A stretch of 64,000 bases of DNA from a virus (Duplodnaviria; Caudoviricetes), in the IMG/VR virus record IMGVR_UViG_2879448870_000003, positions 4,864 to 68,863 of that record. The stretch is one strand, 5' to 3'. The position numbers and the translations under genes were made by a program. Positions 48,237 through 56,366 of the stretch are shown here, piece by piece. The stretch's first letter is position 1. Every line of letters begins with the position of its first letter. The notes beneath the pieces were generated by a model. The model searched no databases. It was not told the DNA's origin and was given only the letters and a program-made list of their open reading frames with translations.

Positions 48237-48933
48237 CGATGGACTAACGATGAAGCAATTATTGCTGAGTGAGTATTATTCTGAAGAAAAAAGGTTCAGG
48301 GAAATTACGTTATTGGATGAAAAAGATCAACATGAATATAGGCAACTACTCCAAATATTGACTGAGTTACACGAAGGATCGAGAAAGGCAGCTAATACAC
48401 TAGAGAAAGGCAAGGCGCTTGAAAACCTAGTTAAATTTTTATTAATTAAATCAAGTGTTTTTGAAGTGTATGAAAATATTCGTAACACTACTAATGAAAT
48501 TGATGAACTCCTTGTACTAAACCGTCTTGGGAAAAAATTCAAAGAATTCATGACACTACCTGGGGAGCTTTACCTATCTGAGTGCAAAAATTACAATAAA
48601 AAAATAGATGTAACTTGGGTTGGTAAATTTTTCACTTTACTTGCTTCGAATTCATCAAAGATAGGTATTCTGTTTTCCTATCACGGTCTGACAGGGAAAG
48701 ATTGGAATGATGCTGTTGGTTTAACAAGGAAACTTTTCTTGCTCAAAGAAGAACTAAAAGATCGCACTTACATAATTGACATAAATAAAGATGATTTTAA
48801 GAAGATTGAGCAAGGACAAAGCTTATTAGAGTTAATTGATTCAAAAATGAAAGCTCTTCAATTACAAACAAACTTTGAGATTTTTTTAAACCAGAAACAC
48901 CCTGCCATAATAGATAAAGAGAAAGAAAAATAA
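48229..48933 (+). CDS. Mrr-like PD-(D/E)xK nuclease
   Basis: KGKALENLV, TNEIDEL, SECKNY, GILFSYHGLTG. Confidence 0.85.
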   Translation: MISDGLTMKQLLLSEYYSEEKRFREITLLDEKDQHEYRQLLQILTELHEGSRKAANTLEKGKALENLVKFLLIKSSVFEVYENIRNTTNEIDELLVLNRLGKKFKEFMTLPGELYLSECKNYNKKIDVTWVGKFFTLLASNSSKIGILFSYHGLTGKDWNDAVGLTRKLFLLKEELKDRTYIIDINKDDFKKIEQGQSLLELIDSKMKALQLQTNFEIFLNQKHPAIIDKEKEK

Positions 48934-49016
48934 TCTAAGTAACGATTTATTGACTTGAAAAATATTATCACAAATGCTATCGCACCCCGTCAATATTGGC
49001 GGGGTATTCTTTAGGT

Positions 49017-49034
49017 TAAGGAAAATTTTCCTTA
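49017..49034. repeat. Dispersed palindrome copy 6 (TAAGGAAAATTTTCCTTA)
   Basis: Perfect 18-mer after CCCCGTCA..TGGCGGGG terminator; followed by TACATAATGT. Confidence 0.9.
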
Positions 49035-49107
49035 TCGTCACATACATAATGTGGAAAGTGAATTATATTTAGAATTGTATGTACCGAATCTTAATTTGGA
49101 GGAAGTT

Positions 49108-49899
49108 ATGAAAGATAAACTGTTCAATTTCTATAATGAGCGATGCACAGCAAAAGTATTAGTTTATCCATACATGAAGTATCTACATGGATTCCTAATA
49201 TGGCTTTTTTATCTTTGTATAGCATCTTTAGTATTAATAATATTTTTCTTACCCATTGCATTAATTAATATTAAGTGGATCATAGGACCAATTATTATAT
49301 TCTTAGTTATGGTGTTGCCTACATATATTCTATTTAGGGTTCATGAAAAAAAAGCTGCTAGAATAATTAAAAAGCAATTTGGGTTAATGGACTCACCTAA
49401 AAATCGACATATAATTTTGAAGGAAATTAAAGTGCATATGATTTCAGAATATTTAATTGAGAATGATTTGTACTCAAAATGGAAAATAGAAAAATTGATT
49501 GAAGATTATAGAAAAGATAATGAGGCAGGGAAGTTACCTCCTTTAATTGCTCCCGGTCTTCTTCTAGCAATCACAATACCCAATGTTTCACAGTTTCTAA
49601 ATCATGTATATGGCTTCTATAATACGAAAGAGAATATTCCAGATTTAGTGAAAGATGTGGATAAACAAGGCCTCGCTTTAAATGGTTCATTATTCCTTGG
49701 AATATTTTTTCTATCAGTAGGATTTGTTGGAGCAATTACGGTTCTGAATAATATAAAAAATGAAATTAAAGAAGTGGTAATCTATACAAAGAAACCGATT
49801 AGAGATAATTTGATTGTTGTTCTAGAAGATGTATTGTATCAAATGAAGGAGAAGACAATTGAAGAGAAATTCATACAAAGTCCTCCTCACAGACAATGA
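49108..49899 (+). CDS. Multi-TM moron protein
   Basis: GGAGG RBS; three to four hydrophobic helices; very AT-rich. Confidence 0.75.
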   Translation: MKDKLFNFYNERCTAKVLVYPYMKYLHGFLIWLFYLCIASLVLIIFFLPIALINIKWIIGPIIIFLVMVLPTYILFRVHEKKAARIIKKQFGLMDSPKNRHIILKEIKVHMISEYLIENDLYSKWKIEKLIEDYRKDNEAGKLPPLIAPGLLLAITIPNVSQFLNHVYGFYNTKENIPDLVKDVDKQGLALNGSLFLGIFFLSVGFVGAITVLNNIKNEIKEVVIYTKKPIRDNLIVVLEDVLYQMKEKTIEEKFIQSPPHRQ

Positions 49900-50070
49900 T
49901 TTCTTCGTTGCTGCCCTGGCCCATTCTAAGGTATCAGTATGGTACCGATAAGATCCTGACTCTATAGGACAACTTATAGATTATGGGGGAATAATGGTGG
50001 AGGGCAAGCCGAAATCGATTAAGATAGTCGGTGCCCGATTTGTCCGTAAACGATTTGAATGTACAACATA
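49898..50070 (+). pseudogene. Degraded copy of the 56112-56330 gene
   Basis: GATTTCTTCGT..TGGTACCGA..GATTATGGGGGAATA..AATCGATTAAGATAG..CGATTTGAAT matches ~56148-56310, with a premature stop. Confidence 0.8.
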
Positions 50071-50158
50071 GGCAAAAGTGAATTAACAGTTGATTTTAAA
50101 GTATATCTCATGTAAAATTATGGTTACCAAAGCCCCTCAAAAATTAGGGGATGATCGC

Positions 50159-50251
50159 ATGAAAAATGTTGACTGGAAACCAATGCTTTTCACATGGCTT
50201 ATAATTTTTACAGTCCTAACATTTCTCGTTGTAATGAGGATCATCAACTGA
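50159..50251 (+). CDS. 30-aa hydrophobic peptide
   Basis: MKNVDWKPMLFTWLIIFTVLTFLVVMRIIN; promoter TTGATT-N17-TAAAAT at 50090-50118; RBS in CCCCT..AGGGG hairpin. Confidence 0.55.
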   Translation: MKNVDWKPMLFTWLIIFTVLTFLVVMRIIN

Positions 50252-50430
50252 TGGGTATGTAGCAAGCAAAAAGGAAGCCTAAAATCAAATATGCAGGGGC
50301 TCTGGCTGGCTTCCCGCTAAATGCGGAGTTGGTCAAGAGCCCTAAAGAATAAATATATGTAGAATGCATGAAAAAAGCTTTGTCACGAGATACTTCGGAC
50401 AAAGCTTTTTTCAATGGTGGAGAAGTGCCT

Positions 50431-50664
50431 CTATTTATTTGGCTCACCTTCAACCCGCAGCCTAATTACTCGTGAAATACTCTCCACATCAACAAATGGG
50501 ACCCAGACCGGCCCTTCAATGGTATTGATCTTTACTCGCTCTGGATCTGCTGATACCTCCGCAATGCCCTTAATCTTATCCCCATTAAATAGCCATACAA
50601 CAATCATTTCTCGTCTTACAGCTGCCACCTTCAAACTTTGCTTAAGCTTTTTATCCATGACCAC
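50431..50664 (-). CDS. Small Sm/SH3-like beta-barrel hypothetical protein
   Basis: GAGGTG RBS; second degraded copy at ~52020-52245. Confidence 0.65.
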   Translation of the reverse strand: MVMDKKLKQSLKVAAVRREMIVVWLFNGDKIKGIAEVSADPERVKINTIEGPVWVPFVDVESISRVIRLRVEGEPNK

Positions 50665-50709
50665 ACCTCGGGTCTTTTTTGATTATTATACGCCTCAGAA
50701 TATAGCATC

Positions 50710-50723
50710 AGGAAAATTATCCT
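50710..50723. repeat. Dispersed palindrome copy 7 (AGGAAAATTATCCT)
   Basis: One mismatch. Confidence 0.75.
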
Positions 50724-50750
50724 TACCAGAGATCATGATCTCTATATCAT

Positions 50751-50865
50751 TCCACATTTTTCCTCAATAACCCTTAAGTGTATTGTAAATTCCTGTCGAT
50801 AAACAGACTGTTTGTTCGCCTTTATTTAGTGTAGGCTTGATGCATACATATTAAAGGAGATGGAT
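50751..50865 (+). repeat. ~115-bp leader duplicated at 53915-54029
   Basis: Near-identical promoter/RBS block incl. palindrome AAACAGACTGTTT. Confidence 0.9.
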
Positions 50866-51930
50866 GATTTGAAGAGATGGAGAGCATTGGCGTTGAGAGT
50901 AACAATAGTTTTATGTTTAACAATATCCATATTTGGCATTCAGTCAACACAGAGTTTTGCCTCGCCAACCGGATTTGGAGATCCTACTACCGTTAAAGGA
51001 ATGACTGGTTTTCAAATGCCTGAAGGAACAATTGCAACAGCGACTAGTGTTTACCAAGGAAGAGAGGCAACTCTTACTATCGATAACGATGACAGTACAT
51101 ATTGGACTGGGAGTGGTTACGATGCACATGTTGAGCTTCGGTTTCCAAAAGCACTACTTCTTGACTATGTTCAGGTAATGAGTGCTCCCCTTAACCCTTC
51201 CAATTCAACCTATACTATCTATGGAATAGTCAACGGTGCAATTGTGTCAGAGCCAATTGGATCTTACACAACATATAACGATAATGGTGTGATAGCACCT
51301 CCAATAAAAATTACACATGGAAGTTATGATGGAATTGCAGTCAGAGCAGTTATGGATAAGTCATGGGTTGGTATTCATGAGATAACAATCTGGAATAATC
51401 AGAATATAACTCTTGCGGCTAGTGGAGGAAATACTACAGCGACTTTAACATGGAATGCTATCGAGAATGCAGAAAGCTACACTATAAAATATGGGACCGA
51501 ATCCAGTGTTTATACTGAAACAGTAACAGCTACGAAAGATGAGTACAGTAACTATGTTATTCCTGGTCTAACGAATGGCACAACATATTTCTTTGTCGTT
51601 AGAGCAACGGTTAATGGTGTGGCATCTGATTACTCAAATGAAGCTTCCGCAACTCCAAATGCAACTACACCAACTCCAGAACAACCAACAGGCGACCGGG
51701 CTATCCTGGTGGTAACTATGACCACTGGTCTTGAAAAAGAATTTGACCTGACTATGTCTGAAGTAAATGCTTTCATTGCTTGGTACGAAAATAAGCAGTC
51801 CGGTTCAGGCACAGCCTCATACGCCATTGATAAGCATGATAACAATAAAGGGCCGTTCACCAATCGGAAGGATTATATGATCTTCGATAAAATCTTAACT
51901 TTCAGCGTAGATGAATATTCTGCGGAATAG
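50860..51930 (+). CDS. Secreted protein A: signal peptide, discoidin/F5-8-like domain, fibronectin III, Pro/Thr linker, conserved C-terminal domain
   Basis: IDNDDSTYW..; LTWNAIENAESYTIKYG..GLTNGTTYFFVV; C-term GDRAILVVTM.TGLEKEFDL...KILTFSVDEY. Confidence 0.85.
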   Translation: MDDLKRWRALALRVTIVLCLTISIFGIQSTQSFASPTGFGDPTTVKGMTGFQMPEGTIATATSVYQGREATLTIDNDDSTYWTGSGYDAHVELRFPKALLLDYVQVMSAPLNPSNSTYTIYGIVNGAIVSEPIGSYTTYNDNGVIAPPIKITHGSYDGIAVRAVMDKSWVGIHEITIWNNQNITLAASGGNTTATLTWNAIENAESYTIKYGTESSVYTETVTATKDEYSNYVIPGLTNGTTYFFVVRATVNGVASDYSNEASATPNATTPTPEQPTGDRAILVVTMTTGLEKEFDLTMSEVNAFIAWYENKQSGSGTASYAIDKHDNNKGPFTNRKDYMIFDKILTFSVDEYSAE

Positions 51931-51981
51931 TATGTTTGCTTAGATTGCCCTGCCTGCATGGTGGGGTATTTTTTTGCGTTC

Positions 51982-51995
51982 AGGAAAAGTTTCCT
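51982..51995. repeat. Dispersed palindrome copy 8 (AGGAAAAGTTTCCT)
   Basis: One mismatch; after terminator. Confidence 0.75.
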
Positions 51996-52019
51996 CGGGT
52001 GGGGACGGTTCATTCATTC

Positions 52020-52245
52020 GTTTCGCCTTGAACCCGCAGCCTAATTACTCGTGATATATCCTCCACATTGACATAAAGGACCCAGACCGGACCCTCGATC
52101 GTATTGATCTTTACTCGCTCAGGATCTGCTGATACCTCCGCAATCCCCTTTATCTTGTCCAAGTAACCATACAACAATCAATTCCCGTCTTACTGCAGCA
52201 ACCTTCAAACTCTGCTTAAGCTTTTTATCCCTGACCACACCTCAG
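52020..52245 (-). pseudogene. Degraded copy of the 50431-50664 gene
   Basis: Near-identical DNA (AACCCGCAGCCTAATTACTCGTGA..GGATCTGCTGATACCTCCGCAAT..GCTTAAGCTTTTTATCC) with a small deletion and ATG changed to AGG. Confidence 0.8.
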
Positions 52246-52280
52246 GTCCTTTCTGATTATTCAATCAGTCTGATAATAGA

Positions 52281-52294
52281 AGGAAAAGTTTCCT
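52281..52294. repeat. Dispersed palindrome copy 9 (AGGAAAAGTTTCCT)
   Basis: Followed by TACATAATGT as in copies 6 and 10. Confidence 0.75.
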
Positions 52295-52390
52295 TACTCG
52301 CATTTACATAATGTTCCATGTGGATTATAATTACTTTCATTGAAAATTTAAACGAACAAAATATATCATTTCATAAGATGGGGGTAAGAA

Positions 52391-53545
52391 ATGAATCCAA
52401 AAATATTAAACGAAGATGAAATACTTGTTTCTGGAAAGAAATTTAGACTAAATAATATAAAATTTTTAGACTACGTAGGTTCAGGAAAAAACGGCTCTGT
52501 ATTTAAATGTCTCAATACACTATCAAATCAACAGTCCGCAATTAAAATATGGCTCCCACGGAGACCGCATAAATACCCAGATGTGGAAAGGTTTGCTGCA
52601 GAAATTGTAAAGTTATCGATTTTAGATCATTCGAATGTAGTTAGAATTAAAACTGCGGACAAAATAAATAAGATTTGTTACGCTGAGATGGAGTTTGTTA
52701 ACGGCATTACTCTAAGAGACTGGTTGAAAGAGAATAGTGGTTTCGAAGAGAGAATAAAAGTAGCTCGGGATCTAATAAATACTATGGATTATGTACATAG
52801 TTTGCCGGGTTCAATATATCATGGTGATTTACATAGTGAAAATATTATGATTGCAGTAAATAACAAAATTAAGATTCTTGACTTTGGTACAAGTATATTT
52901 AGTCCTGATACATCTGATTTAAGAGCTTCGTGGCAACTGGCGAGAACATTAGATGAAATATTAAATATAAAAGATTCAGCTTATTTTCAATTATTAGACA
53001 AACCGATTCAAGACTTTTTAACCCACTCAAAATTTAATAGCATTCAAACAAAATATACTGATAACTACAAAGCGGATATAGTGAATGCTTCTTTCGAAAT
53101 AATAATTACCTTAATGATAGCTGAAGTCAGATACTTGAATACATCAATCAATTTTAGACAGTTACTTATAGATATAGGACATTTTTTATTGAAGTCGCCT
53201 TTCCTTGATTTCACAAGAACACAACTATTTCTTTTAAATTTCATCAATCAGACAGATTTAAAGAGTCTATACGACGGAATTTTACATGCTTTATATGATC
53301 TGGAAAGTATTGATATCTTGATGAATATTCCCATTATTGATGATATGACTCGAGAAGATATTATAGCGGTAGTAGAATCACTGCCAATACTACAAATTGA
53401 TCCAGACAGCTTAGATGCAAAGCGCCCTGATATTATTTATGAATCAACTAAACAGTATCTAATGGGGAATATAGAAGTTTTAAAAATTTGGAGAAAAATC
53501 TATGTAGAATATACTAAATATCTCAATATTCCTATTTTAGAATAA
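52391..53545 (+). CDS. Hanks-type Ser/Thr protein kinase (non-RD) with unknown C-terminal domain
   Basis: GSGKNGSV, AIKI, HSNVV, MEFVNG, HGDLHSENI, DFG. Confidence 0.92.
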   Translation: MNPKILNEDEILVSGKKFRLNNIKFLDYVGSGKNGSVFKCLNTLSNQQSAIKIWLPRRPHKYPDVERFAAEIVKLSILDHSNVVRIKTADKINKICYAEMEFVNGITLRDWLKENSGFEERIKVARDLINTMDYVHSLPGSIYHGDLHSENIMIAVNNKIKILDFGTSIFSPDTSDLRASWQLARTLDEILNIKDSAYFQLLDKPIQDFLTHSKFNSIQTKYTDNYKADIVNASFEIIITLMIAEVRYLNTSINFRQLLIDIGHFLLKSPFLDFTRTQLFLLNFINQTDLKSLYDGILHALYDLESIDILMNIPIIDDMTREDIIAVVESLPILQIDPDSLDAKRPDIIYESTKQYLMGNIEVLKIWRKIYVEYTKYLNIPILE

Positions 53546-53631
53546 ATCCTATATTCATTTTTTTGGATTCTTAAGTCAACCTACCATTGCCATTACTGGC
53601 GGGGTATTTCAATATAAGGGGATGAGCTTCA

Positions 53632-53808
53632 ATGTCTAATAATCATTCGGTTGAAGATTATAGAGAACTTGGAGGTTATCCTGGACTAAACCACAGTATG
53701 CCTTCATGCTGTAAAGCAATGTATGATTACAAAAAGCCAATTGATACTGTTATGGAGGCACCACCTAAAGGTAAAGGAGCAACATTGAAAATTCGTTACT
53801 ATACATAG
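53632..53808 (+). CDS. Short conserved-domain protein, probably N-terminally truncated
   Basis: RELGGYPGLNHSMPSCCKAM...PPKGKGATLKIRY; 58 aa, not in ORF track. Confidence 0.5.
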   Translation: MSNNHSVEDYRELGGYPGLNHSMPSCCKAMYDYKKPIDTVMEAPPKGKGATLKIRYYT

Positions 53809-54023
53809 GGGGCTGCGATGAATAGTACATAGGAGAGATTTGAATTTAGAGCATACATAAAATAACCCGTTAACCTTAATTGGTTGGCGGGCTTTTTCTG
53901 TATAGTGGCTTAAATCCACATTTTTCCTCAATAACCCTTAAGTGTATTGTAAATTAATGTAGAGAAACAGACTGTTTGTTCGCCTTTATTTAGTGTAGGC
54001 TTTATGTATACATATTAAAGGAG

Positions 54024-54965
54024 ATGGATTTTTTGAAATTTGGTAAAATTAGAGTTAGAAAGTTTTCTATGATTTTGGTGCTTTCACTGGTCGTTATTTC
54101 CGTTCTAATATCGATTTCAGGCAACAAATTGTCTGCTGAAGCGGGGGACTCTAATTCAATTGAGGGTATGCATGGAGTCAAGGTTCCTTCAGGAAGTATT
54201 GCAGCAACGTTTAAATCTGCCAACTTAGGAAGAATAGGTAGTTTAGCTATCGACGGAGATTTACATACCTTTTGGAACAGTACATCAACCAATGACACTA
54301 TTGATATTACTTTTCCCAAAGATATCAGTCTTAATTTTATTCAATTAGCGGCGCAATCTTCTCCCACTGCAAATGTGAAATACACGATATATGGTTTTAA
54401 ATCTAAAAATTGGAGTAATCCCATTAAAATCAGCGACGAGATAAGTAAAGACGTAAAGAATTATCAAGACCAAGAGTATACAATACTTGATCCTTTCAAT
54501 GTAACAGCAGGAAGCTATTCTGCAATAAGAATTGTAGCTTCTTCTTCAAGCACATGGATCGCAATTAACGATATTACTCTTGGGATAATTCCTGAAACGA
54601 CTCCAACAGTGACTCTTGAACCAACCACTGAGCCAACACCAACTGTAGAGCCTACTTTTACACCAGAACCGACCATTGAGCCAACACCAACGGTAACACC
54701 GTCACCGACTCCAGAACAGCCGACAGGCGACCGTGCAATACTGGTGGTAACGATGAACACCGGACTTGAAAAAGAATTTGACTTGACTATGGCTGAAGTG
54801 AATGCTTTCATTGCTTGGTACGAAAATAAGCAGTCCGGTTCAGGCACAGCCTCATACGCCATTGATAAGCATGATAACAATAAAGGGCCATTCACCAATC
54901 GAAAGGATTATATGATCTTCGATAAGATTCTTACATTCAGTGTAGATGAATATTCTGCAGAATAA
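54024..54965 (+). CDS. Secreted protein B: signal peptide, discoidin-like domain, PT linker, same C-terminal domain
   Basis: AIDGDLHTFW; (EPT)n linker; C-terminal ~85 aa nearly identical to protein A. Confidence 0.85.
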   Translation: MDFLKFGKIRVRKFSMILVLSLVVISVLISISGNKLSAEAGDSNSIEGMHGVKVPSGSIAATFKSANLGRIGSLAIDGDLHTFWNSTSTNDTIDITFPKDISLNFIQLAAQSSPTANVKYTIYGFKSKNWSNPIKISDEISKDVKNYQDQEYTILDPFNVTAGSYSAIRIVASSSSTWIAINDITLGIIPETTPTVTLEPTTEPTPTVEPTFTPEPTIEPTPTVTPSPTPEQPTGDRAILVVTMNTGLEKEFDLTMAEVNAFIAWYENKQSGSGTASYAIDKHDNNKGPFTNRKDYMIFDKILTFSVDEYSAE

Positions 54966-55017
54966 CTTCTTCTTATTTTTAACCCTGCCAGTAATGGCGG
55001 GGTATTTATTTGTGTTC

Positions 55018-55031
55018 AGGAAAATTTTCCT
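55018..55031. repeat. Dispersed palindrome copy 10 (AGGAAAATTTTCCT)
   Basis: Perfect 14-mer after CCCTGCCA..TGGCGGGG terminator; followed by TACATAATGT. Confidence 0.9.
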
Positions 55032-55117
55032 TACCCGCATATACATAATGTTCCAAATCAAGTAAAGTGAAGTGAAAGCATAATACATATATTGTTTAAA
55101 GATCCGGAGGTTATACA

Positions 55118-56095
55118 ATGGAGTTTTTATTTGTTGCACGAATAATAAACCTTACAGTAAGTACACCAATCACTAAATTAGATATTTTCGATGAGCTCAA
55201 ATTTTCTAATAACAAAGACATTTTAGATAAAATAATTCGTTATAAAGATGTAACACAAGATATCATCGGGTTGTTGGAATATAATTCTCTATATGAAGGC
55301 ACTTTCGCCTATGCCACAGGGGACAGCGAGAAGGTTAAGCATAACTTTAATAAATATGAAACGAAAATGGATAAGCTTCTTTTTTTAGACCATTACATGA
55401 AATTGATTCAGCATTTTACTAATTCACTTTGGCTTGTTAAGGATAATTGTGTAAATACAGAACTCGGATATTTATGCTTGTATGACGCAGGGGTAGAGAT
55501 TACTAGTAATTCAAGAGTGACTTATTTCTCTAAAACAGATGGAAATAGAGAAAATACACATTTCACTCGACAAGAAATTAATAAGGCCCTTAGTGCTTCA
55601 AATGAGTTGTACGATGTCGAAGCCAATAGAACAATGACAGCTGCAGAAACACAAATAAAGGTTAGCTCAAATTCATATCGAGTCGAACGTTTTTTTTATT
55701 TTTTACAGTCAGCAAGATCTGAAGTACATTTGCCAAGTAGAATTGCGCTTTACTGTACAATGATAGAGAGCATTTTCTCGACTAGTAGAAATGAGATGAC
55801 ACATAAGATTTCTGAAAGAATTGCTGTACTCTTAGGTACAGACGGTGAAGACCGAATGAGAATCTATAATGTCGTTAAAGATGCATACAGTATTAGATCA
55901 AGTGCTGTACACGGTGATCTAGTAAGTAGTAGGTTAAAAAACTATCAAAAGCAGAAAGAAATATGCATGAGACTGGATGAATTGCTTAGAAATCTTGCGT
56001 GGCTAATTATTCAAGATAAAACATTTCAAGATGTTCTAACCTTGAAAAATGATGAATTAGAAGAATACTTTATTAAGATGATTCTCAAATTCTGA
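55118..56095 (+). CDS. HEPN domain protein, ApeA-like
   Basis: IESIF..EMTHKISERIA.LLG...Y.IRSSAVHG (Rx4H). Confidence 0.85.
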   Translation: MEFLFVARIINLTVSTPITKLDIFDELKFSNNKDILDKIIRYKDVTQDIIGLLEYNSLYEGTFAYATGDSEKVKHNFNKYETKMDKLLFLDHYMKLIQHFTNSLWLVKDNCVNTELGYLCLYDAGVEITSNSRVTYFSKTDGNRENTHFTRQEINKALSASNELYDVEANRTMTAAETQIKVSSNSYRVERFFYFLQSARSEVHLPSRIALYCTMIESIFSTSRNEMTHKISERIAVLLGTDGEDRMRIYNVVKDAYSIRSSAVHGDLVSSRLKNYQKQKEICMRLDELLRNLAWLIIQDKTFQDVLTLKNDELEEYFIKMILKF

Positions 56096-56111
56096 AAATT
56101 GGAGGGATAAT

Positions 56112-56330
56112 TTGAGCACTACATATATAGTCCTGGAAAGCGATAAGGATTTCTTCGTGGCCGCACTGGCGCAATCTAAAGTATCTGTCTGGTACCGAGA
56201 AGACCCGGACCCGATTGGTCACCTTATGGATTATGGGGGAATAGTGGAGGGATACACACCGGAATCGATTAAGATAGCCGGCGCTCGGTTTGTCCGGGAA
56301 CGATTTGAATTTCGCGCATACATAAAATAA
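56112..56330 (+). CDS. Small conserved hypothetical protein (intact copy)
   Basis: GGAGGG RBS; remnants at ~49898-50070 and ~53832-53865. Confidence 0.75.
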   Translation: MSTTYIVLESDKDFFVAALAQSKVSVWYREDPDPIGHLMDYGGIVEGYTPESIKIAGARFVRERFEFRAYIK

Positions 56331-56366
56331 CCCGCCGGGCTTTTGCCTGACGGGTTTTGTTTTGGT

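Noticed and set aside
54596-54720. Short tandem DNA repeats (also ~56610-56660)
   Set aside because: Explained by Pro/Thr and Pro/Ser linker coding
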